Part shown: positions 27,847 through 37,473 of the stretch, in pieces
Numbering within the stretch: the first letter of the stretch is position 1
Layout: every line of letters begins with the position of its first letter
Made by a program: the position numbers and the translations under genes
The notes under the pieces: model-generated
Told to the model about the DNA's origin: nothing
The model's database searches: none
The model's input: only the letters and a program-made list of their open reading frames with translations
Origin: a virus
DNA: 64,000 bases
Virus record (IMG/VR): IMGVR_UViG_3300008448_000004
Location: 116,935 to 180,934 of that record
Strand: one strand, 5' to 3'

Positions 27847-29790
27847 TTACCCGATATCGTCTTTTAAATTAGATTCGTCTAAAAGACCGCTATCTTTTTT
27901 CTCTTCGAAAAGATTAACTTTTCTCCCTTTTATAGCATCAAATACCGCTTTATTTTGTAAGTATACCTTTGTTGTGTTTGTATTTTCTAGAGCTAAAGGG
28001 GATCCTCCTTGATACTTAGCTCTTATACCTCCTTGTTCGCCATTGGAATCACTACCTGGTAGATCAGCACGGCCGGTTCTGTCGCGTCCAAGTGGGTCTG
28101 CAGCTGTTCCGATAAATGATGCTTTCTCTGTCGGTCTTCCTGGTGATTTTCTAGGTTCATCTTTGAGCTCATCGTAACCTTGAGGAACATCCCCAGCACC
28201 TGCAGTGTAGTTAGCGTTGCCGCCATACATTGCTGCGATCTGGTGAGGAGTACCGTATGCTTGACCTGTTGCTGCAGGGTCATTACCTTCTTCTTCAATT
28301 TGCTTTAATCGGAAAGCTCTCTTCTTATCGGCTACCAGTAAGTCTCTTAATTCATCAAACTTATCTTCGCTGAACTGGAATAGGTTGTCGTAAATCCAAT
28401 CAGTAGGTAGTAGGTTATTCTCTTGTAACGCTGCTGCTAGATCTACTGTCTCTTTCCATAGAGCTATCATCTCTTGACGATATACAATAGAAGGAGGTGT
28501 TAAGGATAGAGAGAAGTTAGTTAAACTCTCATTAGTGTATCCTTGAGTGTATAAATGTACTAGTGCTATCTTTGTAAGCTCGCTTACTACTATATTCTGT
28601 ACTCTTTCTACAGTGCGTGCAAAACGAATATCTTCAGCAGCAAGAGTTGCCTTACCTGTTAAGTCTTTCTCATATCCTAAGAAAGCTTTAGGTATCCTTA
28701 AAGCTGCAAATAGTTTATCTCTTAAATAATCAACGTCTTCAATGCCGTTATAGTCTAATCCTTTAGCTGTATCTATTCTAGTTGATTGATCATTACCTCT
28801 AACTGGAATGAAGAAGTCCTCAAGCATGTTTTGGATGTTATACTTAAGGTTGTACTGACCTGTTTGCGGGTCGATGTAAGGAGTTTTCTTCATCTTAGAG
28901 ATCATTCTCTGCATATAGTTCTCAACCTCATTCGGTGGAATAGAACCTACGTTAACATAGAATACTCTTTTCTCCGGTGCTCTCACAATACGATGTATTA
29001 ACATCGCATCTTCCATTAGAATCATCTGCTTGAAAGTCTTTCTTGCAGGTTCTAGGTATGAACGTCCGTAAGGTAGGTAGTTAACATCACCTAGAAGTCT
29101 AAAGTGAGCCATTTCGTAGTTCTCAAAAACTATCTCTTGAGTAGAGCCTTGTCTTTGGTTGAATAGCGGAGTATAGCCGGTAGTTACAGATGATGCAATT
29201 GCGTTAGGATCGAATCTAAATCTTACATAAGAAGGATTCTTCGGATCAGCACCTTCTTCTCTTATAATGACATAAGCAGAAAAAGGAATTACATTATATA
29301 CTCCAAACTTCTCAGCTATTTCTAGCTTTAAGAAGAAGTCTCCATACTTACACATATTTCTAATCCACGACCATAAGTTAAACTCAATATTCATTACGTC
29401 GTAGAAAAGGTTGTAAAGTATCTTTTGGATATTTTCATCAGAAGATCTAATCTGTAGAACTTCACCTTGTTCGTTTTTAATAGTACACTCGTCAGCTAGA
29501 ACATCAAGAGCAGAAGCAATAATCGCATCTGTATCCATTCCTTCATAGTCTGTATAAAGTTGGAATTTCAGAGCTTGGAAATTCTGAATGATATTGTAGT
29601 TATATGCGTAGCTGTTAGAAGTTGTGTATAGCCTATTAAATCTATCCACAAGAGAGTTTGTCTGTAGTACACCGCTTGTCTGTATTCTATCGGTATCAAC
29701 AACTCTCAACTGATCTCCGCCGACGTTTCTGATGATTACATCGGAAGAAAAAAGTCTTTTAAGGCTCTTAAAGATATTGTTCTCTGCCAT
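27847..29790 (-). CDS. gp20: Portal protein (T4 gp20-like)
   Basis: RNMCKYGDFFL, LPYGRSYLE.ARK..KQMILMEDAMLIHRIVRAPEKRVFYVNVG, NMLEDFFIP, LFAALRIPK, EDIRFAR. Confidence 0.95.
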   Translation of the reverse strand: MAENNIFKSLKRLFSSDVIIRNVGGDQLRVVDTDRIQTSGVLQTNSLVDRFNRLYTTSNSYAYNYNIIQNFQALKFQLYTDYEGMDTDAIIASALDVLADECTIKNEQGEVLQIRSSDENIQKILYNLFYDVMNIEFNLWSWIRNMCKYGDFFLKLEIAEKFGVYNVIPFSAYVIIREEGADPKNPSYVRFRFDPNAIASSVTTGYTPLFNQRQGSTQEIVFENYEMAHFRLLGDVNYLPYGRSYLEPARKTFKQMILMEDAMLIHRIVRAPEKRVFYVNVGSIPPNEVENYMQRMISKMKKTPYIDPQTGQYNLKYNIQNMLEDFFIPVRGNDQSTRIDTAKGLDYNGIEDVDYLRDKLFAALRIPKAFLGYEKDLTGKATLAAEDIRFARTVERVQNIVVSELTKIALVHLYTQGYTNESLTNFSLSLTPPSIVYRQEMIALWKETVDLAAALQENNLLPTDWIYDNLFQFSEDKFDELRDLLVADKKRAFRLKQIEEEGNDPAATGQAYGTPHQIAAMYGGNANYTAGAGDVPQGYDELKDEPRKSPGRPTEKASFIGTAADPLGRDRTGRADLPGSDSNGEQGGIRAKYQGGSPLALENTNTTKVYLQNKAVFDAIKGRKVNLFEEKKDSGLLDESNLKDDIG

Positions 29791-29796
29791 ATTACT

Positions 29797-29804
29797 TATA
29801 AATA
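29797..29804 (-). promoter_or_regulatory. Late-type motif TATTTATA before portal
   Basis: 6 nt upstream of ATG. Confidence 0.55.
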
Positions 29805-29809
29805 TTTAA

Positions 29810-31420
29810 TTATTTTAGCAACCAAGTTAAATCTTCGTTTTGTCCAAACTGATTTGTCATTTTCCATGGATGACGTTCTAAAGCTAAAGCGGGAGTTATT
29901 ATTTCCATGCCGTAGTTCGATTTGGACATATTGCCTAAGCTTGCTTTTGCAAGATCAATACCTGTTTGCCTAAATCTGAGAGCTGTATCTCTTAAGAATA
30001 ACCCAATACCTATCGGTATTACGAGGTCATCATTATATCCTTCAAGCGCTTGAGCTTTACCTGATTTCCAGATGAAAGTAGATAATTCTTCATGCGTTCT
30101 TTTAGACTGTACAATACAACTCTTATCATGAATATACGAAGTTAATTTCGAAATAACAAGAGGTCTTGTTCTTTGATTTGTAGAAAATCCAGGAACCATT
30201 CCATCTCCTCTATCAAAACGGCTTAAATACAGCTCAACATTAGTTAGAGCTATATCCGATCTTGGGGAGTAGTATAGATTAGGGTACTGTGATTCGACGG
30301 CTGTCTGTATTACATCCCATCCAATACCGGTGTTTTCTATAATGAGAAGTCCCATGTTCCACTCTGTAGCAACGCTGACAGCTAATCTACCTAAGTCTCT
30401 TGTGTCGGGCTGTCCGCGGTACTCTGCTACTTGCTTGGCTTCTTCAACTTCCATTACTTGAATAGTTGAATAGTCTTTTCCATCGCCTCTAGCTACGTCA
30501 ACTATAATTGCATATGTTTTAGAGTAATCGGGGTATTCCCAAAGCCAGTAGTTATGATCAATAAAACGTTTCTCTACAGGAGGCTTTATCAAACTCTCGT
30601 ACCATTTTAGTATCTCAGGTTCAATTACGGTTGCACCGGATGTTGTGAAGTCACAATCACATTCCTGGGCTGCTTCTCTTTTACCGAGTATCTTATCTTG
30701 TTCTTCTCTCCAGGTTTGAGTTCTTTCAGGATGTACTGTCCAGGGAAGTCTAATAGCAGTGAATTTATTTTCACCAATTTCTGCTTTAGTAAATTCTTTG
30801 TGAAACCAGTTACCTGTACCGTTAGGGGTAGATATAGCAATACATCGACCTCCGGTAGCAAGAGTCTGTTGAGCAGCTGTAAAGATAGTTTCGATGTTAT
30901 CAATAAACGCTGCTTCGTCAAGTATGAGTAGTGATACAGCTTCTGAACGGCCTGAGTCTGATGCGGCAGAAACTGCTTTGATTTGAGATCCATTTGCTAG
31001 CTTAATACTAAGTTTGTTGTTAAATTCTGTACCACCTGCAAATTCTTTAATCCAATTAGGAAGATGGTCGTATGCAAACGAAACTTTAGTGACAAGGTTT
31101 TTAGCAGTATCCTGCTTTGTTGCTACAACAAGGATGTTCTTATCTTTATTGAAAAGCATCATCCATAAGGCATAAGCAGATACTAGAGTAGAGATACCTA
31201 GCTGTCTAGACTTATTGACAATATTGTATTCGTTTTGTTGAAATACACCTAGTACTTTTTCTTGGAATAGGTAGAGATTAAATTGCATTCTACCGCGGGT
31301 GGGGTGCTGAATCCAGTAATATTTCTTCATGAAATATACAGGATCTTGGGCACAGCGTATTAGCTCCTGCCTTATAGCTTCTTTTAAGCTCTGCTGACTT
31401 ACTTGAGTTTTATTTTCCAT
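29810..31420 (-). CDS. terL: Terminase large subunit
   Basis: Walker A KSRQLGIST, Walker B LILDEAAF, STPNG, nuclease DVARGDG.DYS, DDLV. Confidence 0.95.
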   Translation of the reverse strand: MENKTQVSQQSLKEAIRQELIRCAQDPVYFMKKYYWIQHPTRGRMQFNLYLFQEKVLGVFQQNEYNIVNKSRQLGISTLVSAYALWMMLFNKDKNILVVATKQDTAKNLVTKVSFAYDHLPNWIKEFAGGTEFNNKLSIKLANGSQIKAVSAASDSGRSEAVSLLILDEAAFIDNIETIFTAAQQTLATGGRCIAISTPNGTGNWFHKEFTKAEIGENKFTAIRLPWTVHPERTQTWREEQDKILGKREAAQECDCDFTTSGATVIEPEILKWYESLIKPPVEKRFIDHNYWLWEYPDYSKTYAIIVDVARGDGKDYSTIQVMEVEEAKQVAEYRGQPDTRDLGRLAVSVATEWNMGLLIIENTGIGWDVIQTAVESQYPNLYYSPRSDIALTNVELYLSRFDRGDGMVPGFSTNQRTRPLVISKLTSYIHDKSCIVQSKRTHEELSTFIWKSGKAQALEGYNDDLVIPIGIGLFLRDTALRFRQTGIDLAKASLGNMSKSNYGMEIITPALALERHPWKMTNQFGQNEDLTWLLK

Positions 31421-32022
31421 AGTATACCAGCTTTAATACTAACACCTCCGTTGAGATCGTAGCCTGCGCCTAAGGTATACATTCCGTCTTTCTTAGTCTT
31501 TAGAGTTAGAGTAGGACCGAAATAGGATATTGGTTCGTCCTTATTTACAACTCCCTCGAAGCCAGCGTATAATTGGGTTTTTGCTTTTGGAGGTATTACT
31601 ACTGTGGTTTCTTTTGTAATGACCGGCACTTTATAGTCTGCGCTGAACCATCTGCTTTCTATCTTATTCTTACTTACCGAATCTGTTATGTAGGCATAGC
31701 CTATACTGTCAATAGCTATAGTATCTCTGTAAACTCTTGTTGCGTAAAAATCTTTAAGTATCGCTGCTGTATCTACATCTTTATAGAACGAATCTACAGT
31801 TCCTGGAAGATACTCTGTTTCACCTGGGATGTATACAGGCTTTTCTACTCTCTTTGCTACATACTGCGTGTCTATCTTTACAGTTATTATGGGCTTTCCT
31901 CCTTCGGGACAAGGTATATCGCTTTTGCAGGACTTTTGCAACAGTATTATAATAACTAAAACGGCAATTATCGCTAGATAAAAGCCGTTCTTAGTCGATA
32001 GTAATTTTTTAATATTTACCAC
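31399..32022 (-). CDS. Membrane-anchored protein (possibly spanin-like)
   Basis: N-terminal hydrophobic helix FYLAIIAVLVIIILL; C-terminal amphipathic beta strands ending AGILWKIKLK; overlaps terL start by 22 nt. Confidence 0.35.
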   Translation of the reverse strand: MVNIKKLLSTKNGFYLAIIAVLVIIILLQKSCKSDIPCPEGGKPIITVKIDTQYVAKRVEKPVYIPGETEYLPGTVDSFYKDVDTAAILKDFYATRVYRDTIAIDSIGYAYITDSVSKNKIESRWFSADYKVPVITKETTVVIPPKAKTQLYAGFEGVVNKDEPISYFGPTLTLKTKKDGMYTLGAGYDLNGGVSIKAGILWKIKLK

Positions 32023-32028
32023 TAAAAT

Positions 32029-32691
32029 TTAATTTGATTTCCAAGCATCTATCTTCTCTTTCCATAGTTTCTTTACAGCTATTCTAGCTGCGTTTTGATC
32101 ATGAGAAGGGATTTGCTTTTGAATTAAGCCTTTGATATCTTCAATTAATTCATCAATAGCCATTTCAACACCTGGACCTGCTAGGTCTGTATCGTCGTAT
32201 TTTTCAAAGAAAGAAGCTGTATCTCCGGGTCTAATAACGTTACTGTACATTAAGTGACCTGGAATTGCTTCTGCTACATCATCTCCTTCTTCTAGAGATT
32301 CTTCTCCTTCTTCATCGCTAACGTCGGTTAGCTTAGCTAAGTCTGCAGTCAAAGTTTTAATTTGCTGCGGGATTGTACCGATCATTTGCTTATACTGGTC
32401 TATTGTTATTTCTCCTGCTTTTAACTTCTGAATGAGTTCGTCTTTTTGCTTAGTTAGTTTAGCTAACTGAGTTCTTTTATCAGAGTCGCTGCCGAGTTGT
32501 TTATCAACAGCTTTTACGTCTTTTTTGGAAGGCTCTTTTTCAAACTCATCAGAGCTAAATTCGTCTTCTTTTTCCCAATCGTCTGTTTCTTCTTCTGCTT
32601 CTTTAATTAAAGCTTTTTTACCAGCATCCAGTTTAGATGCTACAGTAGCTCTATTCTCAGTAACAAATTTATAAAAGTCAAACTGTGCCAT
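32029..32691 (-). CDS. Acidic putative internal head protein
   Basis: MAQFDFYKFVTEN start; IKE, LEE, VAE sites; own late-type motif upstream. Confidence 0.45.
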   Translation of the reverse strand: MAQFDFYKFVTENRATVASKLDAGKKALIKEAEEETDDWEKEDEFSSDEFEKEPSKKDVKAVDKQLGSDSDKRTQLAKLTKQKDELIQKLKAGEITIDQYKQMIGTIPQQIKTLTADLAKLTDVSDEEGEESLEEGDDVAEAIPGHLMYSNVIRPGDTASFFEKYDDTDLAGPGVEMAIDELIEDIKGLIQKQIPSHDQNAARIAVKKLWKEKIDAWKSN

Positions 32692-32705
32692 TTTATCTAA
32701 TTTAT

Positions 32706-32713
32706 TATAAATA
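32706..32713 (-). promoter_or_regulatory. Late-type motif TATTTATA
   Basis: 14 nt upstream of ATG 32691. Confidence 0.55.
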
Positions 32714-32727
32714 GCAGGGATTTTAGT

Positions 32728-32967
32728 TTAAAGCATGTCTGGAAGGGGTGTAATAACTTTAGAATCATTCTTTAAGATTAGCCATTCTCTCTTAGACATT
32801 TCACGTCCGTAGATAGCATAGACATCTTTCTTTTTAGAATCTTTAGGGTATTTAATTGCAGGTCCAGCTAACGAATGTAGCTTAGCATTTTTTCCTGGCT
32901 CTTGATAAAGAGATAGTACGGTCCCTTCGGGCGTCTTTACTTTCTTTATGTAACTTGATTCACTCAT
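32728..32967 (-). CDS. Hypothetical protein with an LHxxxGPA motif
   Basis: KLHSLAGPAIKY...YAIYG; preceded by a host-type promoter. Confidence 0.5.
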   Translation of the reverse strand: MSESSYIKKVKTPEGTVLSLYQEPGKNAKLHSLAGPAIKYPKDSKKKDVYAIYGREMSKREWLILKNDSKVITPLPDML

Positions 32968-32979
32968 ATTGTTTTGCTA

Positions 32980-33010
32980 TAAAGATAGCAAAAAACTTTC
33001 AGACTTCCAA
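32980..33010 (-). promoter_or_regulatory. Bacteroidota sigma-A-like promoter (-33/-7)
   Basis: Minus strand TTG-N20-TATCTTTA, one mismatch to the TAnnTTTG -7 consensus, 12 nt before the ATG at 32967. Confidence 0.5.
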
Positions 33011-33011
33011 C

Positions 33012-34703
33012 TTAAATCTCAACTCCTCTTATCTTATCTACCATACCAAAGCGAGACTGTACTCCTCCACCTTCTCGGCTTGCTGCAAATATCTTTGGAA
33101 TTTTAGTACCGTTTAGATCCTGTTTTTCGTCGGTAAAGAAAAGATCTCCATCTCTTTTTCTAATGTGAGCGTAAAGTTTATCGCCTTTTTTCTTTATGAA
33201 AGAAGAAAGAGGTATAAAATCACCGTTTGAAAGCTTAATTGTATTCTTGCCGACTTTTTCATGCTTTACGTCCATCTCTCCTATATAGTAGTAAGATACA
33301 GGACCTCCCATCTCCGGTGTACCTACTAGCAACGTCTTTACGATATCGGCAGGTACTTTCCTAGATACATCCTGTATAGCTGGATTTTTATATAAGTTTT
33401 TTCCTTGTAGTTTTTCTTTGTTGATTATCTTCTTATACCATTTATAAGCATCATTGTAGAATTTAACTACAAATTCTTTAATTGCCGGGTTTTGATTGTC
33501 GGCTGTTAAAGCTGTAATTCCTTTTATTCCTCCGCTTCCTAAAGTCGGGGCTGAAGGTCCTTTAGCGGATACTAGAACTGGAGCTTTTTTACCTTTAACT
33601 ATTAGCTTTACGTCTGAGTAAGGTTCAACACCTTTTACGTTTCTACCTTCTACTTTTTCTGCAGAAAGAACACCTTCCAGTTTTGAGCCGTTTGCAGAGA
33701 TAATGGTCTTTTCGCCAGGTATAGAATTTATAATATCGATAAGACCTCTCTCCTGTCTCTCCGTTGTATCAGCTTTTGATCCGCCTGATCCGCCGAACTC
33801 TGGTGTTTTCTTTAAGTCTCTGAGTGTATATTTGTTTCCTTTGTCATCTTTGAAATAAAAGACTTTATTTGGATGTTCAAAAGGTGTATTTTCTACGGAT
33901 TGAGCGAATGCGTCTGAAATGGCTTGGTTTAAAAACTCAGGCTCTTTGGGGTCGTGATTAGGATAATTTTTTGGATCAGTACTGAACAGTTTCTTATATT
34001 CGGGTTTAGCGAATTGAAGAACTACTTTTTGTCCGTCGGCTAATTCAAAAGGGTCTTTTTTTTCGACCTTATCGTAAATCTTTTTAATTCTAGGAATATA
34101 CCTACTCATCCTTGTAAGTTCCGCAGCATCTAAGTTACGTTCTAACAGTATCTGTAGGTTTTCTACTAGTAGTTTTAAGTTTACCTTCTTCTTGGAAGTA
34201 CTTTCTTCTAGAGTTTCTCCTTCACCTCCTGTCTCTTCTTCACCACCTCCAGCTTCTTCTCCGCCTCCAGCTTCTTCTTCTTCCGGTTCTTGAGGTGCTG
34301 CTCCTTCTTCTTTCTCAGGACCTGGCTTACCTATCGGTGCACCTAACTCTAATAGTTGCGCTATAGCTGCTGTTGCTCTTTGTTTATCGCTTAAGAAAGA
34401 TAGGTAGTACTTCTTACCTTCTACTTTACAGCTGTAAGTTTTACCGGTCCAAGTTAGTATAAATTCTTGATTATTGTGTAAGACAATTTTGAAGGTTGTG
34501 GGTCTAGGTGCTACTACGTATATACCGTTTAAGTAATCTTTAAAAGCATCTGACATTAACATAGTTAACGTCTCTTTTAAAGACGGATACTTCATTAAAA
34601 TGTAGTTCATCGGATCTTCTTCAAACGATACCTGCTGTACCGGTTGAGGAACTGTTTGATCTTCTGGTGCTTCGTTAATTTTATGTCTGAGTTTTATCTT
34701 CAT
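33012..34703 (-). CDS. Head-associated protein with a C-terminal PD-(D/E)XK restriction-endonuclease-like domain
   Basis: N-terminal conserved domain, acidic linker, LEE/LVE/LLE sites, then TERQE...EPYSDVKL...LVSAKG...GSGG. Confidence 0.55.
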   Translation of the reverse strand: MKIKLRHKINEAPEDQTVPQPVQQVSFEEDPMNYILMKYPSLKETLTMLMSDAFKDYLNGIYVVAPRPTTFKIVLHNNQEFILTWTGKTYSCKVEGKKYYLSFLSDKQRATAAIAQLLELGAPIGKPGPEKEEGAAPQEPEEEEAGGGEEAGGGEEETGGEGETLEESTSKKKVNLKLLVENLQILLERNLDAAELTRMSRYIPRIKKIYDKVEKKDPFELADGQKVVLQFAKPEYKKLFSTDPKNYPNHDPKEPEFLNQAISDAFAQSVENTPFEHPNKVFYFKDDKGNKYTLRDLKKTPEFGGSGGSKADTTERQERGLIDIINSIPGEKTIISANGSKLEGVLSAEKVEGRNVKGVEPYSDVKLIVKGKKAPVLVSAKGPSAPTLGSGGIKGITALTADNQNPAIKEFVVKFYNDAYKWYKKIINKEKLQGKNLYKNPAIQDVSRKVPADIVKTLLVGTPEMGGPVSYYYIGEMDVKHEKVGKNTIKLSNGDFIPLSSFIKKKGDKLYAHIRKRDGDLFFTDEKQDLNGTKIPKIFAASREGGGVQSRFGMVDKIRGVEI

Positions 34704-34709
34704 AATGAA

Positions 34710-35537
34710 TTACCATTTACGGCAGCTCCAATATCTTGCTTTTGTTCTTGGTCCGGGGTTATCGCAATTATGTCTTGCTCTGAAAGATTTTCTTCTTGCA
34801 GGATTAGACTTTTTTATTCTCATATTAGGATCTCCAAAGTTAACCTTCTTTACATTTCCGGTTTTTGGATCTTTCACGTATACTTTAAATTTCTTAACAT
34901 CCCCTTGCATGGGCTTACCTAGAGGTACGTTTCTACCGCGATACTCCGCTTCCTGTAAAGCATTCCAATGTTCTTTTATATACTCGGCTAAACAAGCAGG
35001 ACAAAATTCTCCTTCGTTTAACTCATCTAATTCTTCTTTTACCGGAATACATTTATCTTTTCCGTTTTCAGTACCGGCGTATCTATAGCCTTTCCAACAA
35101 GGCTTTCCGTCGCTACCTTTTACCTTCTCTTCGTTTGTCTCTTCAAAGGCTTCCTTACCGTCATACACAATATGTCCTTTGTCTTGTAACATTTTTACTA
35201 GCCTTGGCAATATAGGATTGCCACTTATATCTTTACTCTGGAAGTGAGTTGCTCCGTATTGGTCTAGTATTCGCTTTAAGTCAGACAGCATTACTATTTT
35301 ACCTTCTATTTCATCTTGTAAATCTAGTCCGAATGTTTTGTCGAATAGTTGAACTAACAATGGGTAGTTCCATTCATCGGGCATGTAGGTTTGGTGTTGT
35401 CTAGGAGCTACAAACATCTCATCCATACCTTCGTTCGCTCTGTTCTTACAGCTTTTTGCTCCTGTAAGGTAAGGTTTAGGACATGAAGTACCTTTTTCGT
35501 GCACATGCCCACATCTATGACAGCAAGTTCCAGCCAT
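34710..35537 (-). CDS. Mosaic protein: Cys/His N-terminus, PCWKGY module and basic C-terminal domain
   Basis: CCHRCGHVH; PCWKGYRYAG...KCIP; YRGRNVPLGKP...VKKVNFGDPNMRIKKSNPARRKSFRARHNC...ARYWSC. Confidence 0.55.
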   Translation of the reverse strand: MAGTCCHRCGHVHEKGTSCPKPYLTGAKSCKNRANEGMDEMFVAPRQHQTYMPDEWNYPLLVQLFDKTFGLDLQDEIEGKIVMLSDLKRILDQYGATHFQSKDISGNPILPRLVKMLQDKGHIVYDGKEAFEETNEEKVKGSDGKPCWKGYRYAGTENGKDKCIPVKEELDELNEGEFCPACLAEYIKEHWNALQEAEYRGRNVPLGKPMQGDVKKFKVYVKDPKTGNVKKVNFGDPNMRIKKSNPARRKSFRARHNCDNPGPRTKARYWSCRKW

Positions 35538-35899
35538 TAGTGTAAGAATTTAAGTTTATACTTTGTTGAATTAATTAATTCTACAATAGTGTCTACTTGG
35601 TTTTCTAAGTAAGAATCTTTAGGTAGAGAAGGTCTGATAGCGCTCATGAACTTACAGAGCCCTTCAAAATAGGTAATAGCAGAATCATCTTCTTTTAAAG
35701 TTCCGGCCATTTTGTAGCCTCTCAGTATTCCATACATACCTTGATATGATTCTACGTAAGCATCAATCAAAGGTACAATACCTTCGTAGTAGGCCTGTAG
35801 AGCTAGATGTGCTGCGTGAGATTGAGTCTGTAGATGGAATATATGCGCTTGATTTCTAGACTGCATTAGCGTCCCGATAAAAGTTCCTGCTTGATCCAT
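35537..35899 (-). CDS. Dps/ferritin-like four-helix protein
   Basis: HIFHLQT.SHAAHLALQAYYEGIVPLIDAYVESYQG.YG...LENQVDTI. Confidence 0.6.
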   Translation of the reverse strand: MDQAGTFIGTLMQSRNQAHIFHLQTQSHAAHLALQAYYEGIVPLIDAYVESYQGMYGILRGYKMAGTLKEDDSAITYFEGLCKFMSAIRPSLPKDSYLENQVDTIVELINSTKYKLKFLH

Positions 35900-36867
35900 T
35901 ATTTTTGTTTTTGCATTGCTTGTTTAATTGCCTTATCTTTTACACCTTTGTATTCTTCTGAAGGCTTTTCAATTTCACCGTCTTTATCAAAATCTTTACC
36001 CGCTTCAGGTAGAACCTTACTTTGCTCAGGACCGTATTCGTGATACTGATCGTTAGCTTGTTGAATGTAGTTCTCCGATTTAGATATATGATCTTGAATC
36101 CAGCCTGGTATGTCTTTTTCTTGGTTGCCTAGTTTTGCAAGTAATTCATTAGCATGACGAATGATAGTCTCTAAGCTACCTTGAGCCATAGACACTTCGT
36201 GATCTTCGTTAAGCTTTTTCTTTTCTACTTCTTTTTCCTGCAAAGGTTTTTTAGACTTCTCAATTATACTATGCTTAGCTCTCAACTCTTTAATTTGACT
36301 TAGGAGTGCTTCTACCTGTGCTTCGTAGTTCTCTGCATTAACAGGATCAGACTTGGCAGCTTTTAGGTGTGCGTTAACTTCTTTTTGTATATGAGCTATC
36401 TTCTTATGAATTTTTTCAGTCACTTTACCTTTCTTCTCTTCTAGACCTCTAGCTGTTTCGTATACAGCTTGTACTAAGTCGTGAGCAGCATTCATTGCTT
36501 CGTTCTCATCCAAGTAGAATCCGTGAATATCTTCGGGAAGTAATCCACCTCTTACTTGATTAGCAAAGCCAATTGGATCGGTCTTAAATGAAAGATTCAT
36601 TGGGTCATCCATTGGATCTTTAGACTTCTCTACTACGTAGAACTCAATATTGTTTGCTAATTGGACTGGAGCTTCTTGAATATTTTCGTTCTCTTTTAAG
36701 ACTTGCTTTATTTCGTTTAAGACTTTTTTCTTTTCGTCTACATTAACTTTTAATGCAGAAATATAATCTTGAAGATCGCCTTTTGTGCATCCTACTTTCT
36801 GGCCTCTTGTTCCATCGGCTTTTTTCTTATAGACGCATTTATTCTTTTGATCGATAGAATATGGCAT
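35899..36867 (-). CDS. Modular hypothetical (putative internal head) protein
   Basis: LNE/LKE/IQE/LQE sites; EDHEVSMAQGSL...PGWIQDHISK module. Confidence 0.45.
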   Translation of the reverse strand: MPYSIDQKNKCVYKKKADGTRGQKVGCTKGDLQDYISALKVNVDEKKKVLNEIKQVLKENENIQEAPVQLANNIEFYVVEKSKDPMDDPMNLSFKTDPIGFANQVRGGLLPEDIHGFYLDENEAMNAAHDLVQAVYETARGLEEKKGKVTEKIHKKIAHIQKEVNAHLKAAKSDPVNAENYEAQVEALLSQIKELRAKHSIIEKSKKPLQEKEVEKKKLNEDHEVSMAQGSLETIIRHANELLAKLGNQEKDIPGWIQDHISKSENYIQQANDQYHEYGPEQSKVLPEAGKDFDKDGEIEKPSEEYKGVKDKAIKQAMQKQK

Positions 36868-36881
36868 ATTTACGGTTTTTT

Positions 36882-36889
36882 AATAAATA
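36882..36889 (-). promoter_or_regulatory. Late-type motif TATTTATT
   Basis: 14 nt upstream of ATG 36867. Confidence 0.5.
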
Positions 36890-36891
36890 GG

Positions 36892-37464
36892 TTAAAGCTC
36901 GGCATCTCGCATCTTCTGAAGTATTTCTTTTGCTTCTCCGTACATTTTAGATTTAGACGAGGTTTCAGACCAATCTTCTATATCTCCTTGTTCGGTTAGA
37001 TATTCTTCTTTATCAGACAGCCATGTATCTAGAGCTTTATCTAGATCGACTATTAGAGAGTCTTTATTTGCGTTTAGCATTCGTTTCTCATACTCCTCAT
37101 ATTCGCCTTTCTTCCTCAGTTCATGCTCCATATCAATTACACAGTCAAAGCATTTGCCGTGTATTGAGTACATTTTTTTATTCAAATCTGTTACTTTCAT
37201 TGCTTTCTTACAGCAAGGGCAAGCCAGGGGCATTATAACTAATTTTTTAATTTCGTCAAATTTAGTTATGTTCTGCTTAATTCCGTTTTTGATCGTCCAC
37301 ACTTTGCCGTTATCTTCCCAAACGTCTCCTTCCTGATAGTCAGCAATCTGCTTTTCGTATCCAATCTGCACACGTGTTTTCTCACCGGTCTTACCCGTAA
37401 TTAAATTACGCATACGTTGAACGTCGCGGTGGGTAAATTCTTTTTTCAACATAGACTCTTTCAT
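36892..37464 (-). CDS. Hypothetical protein with a zinc-ribbon motif
   Basis: CPCC...HGKCFDC; EGDVWEDNGKVWTIKNGIKQN. Confidence 0.55.
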   Translation of the reverse strand: MKESMLKKEFTHRDVQRMRNLITGKTGEKTRVQIGYEKQIADYQEGDVWEDNGKVWTIKNGIKQNITKFDEIKKLVIMPLACPCCKKAMKVTDLNKKMYSIHGKCFDCVIDMEHELRKKGEYEEYEKRMLNANKDSLIVDLDKALDTWLSDKEEYLTEQGDIEDWSETSSKSKMYGEAKEILQKMRDAEL

Positions 37465-37473
37465 AGACTTATT

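Noticed and set aside
19728-31420. Introns or inteins in MCP, portal or terminase; alternative genetic code
   Set aside because: All are full-length uninterrupted ORFs of expected size, and TAG and TGA act as normal stops.
26607-35088. Minus-strand alternate-frame ORFs nested in real genes (26607..26828, 28023..28298, 30625..30993, 34705..35088)
   Set aside because: Largely or fully overlap well-supported genes, with no motifs or start context.
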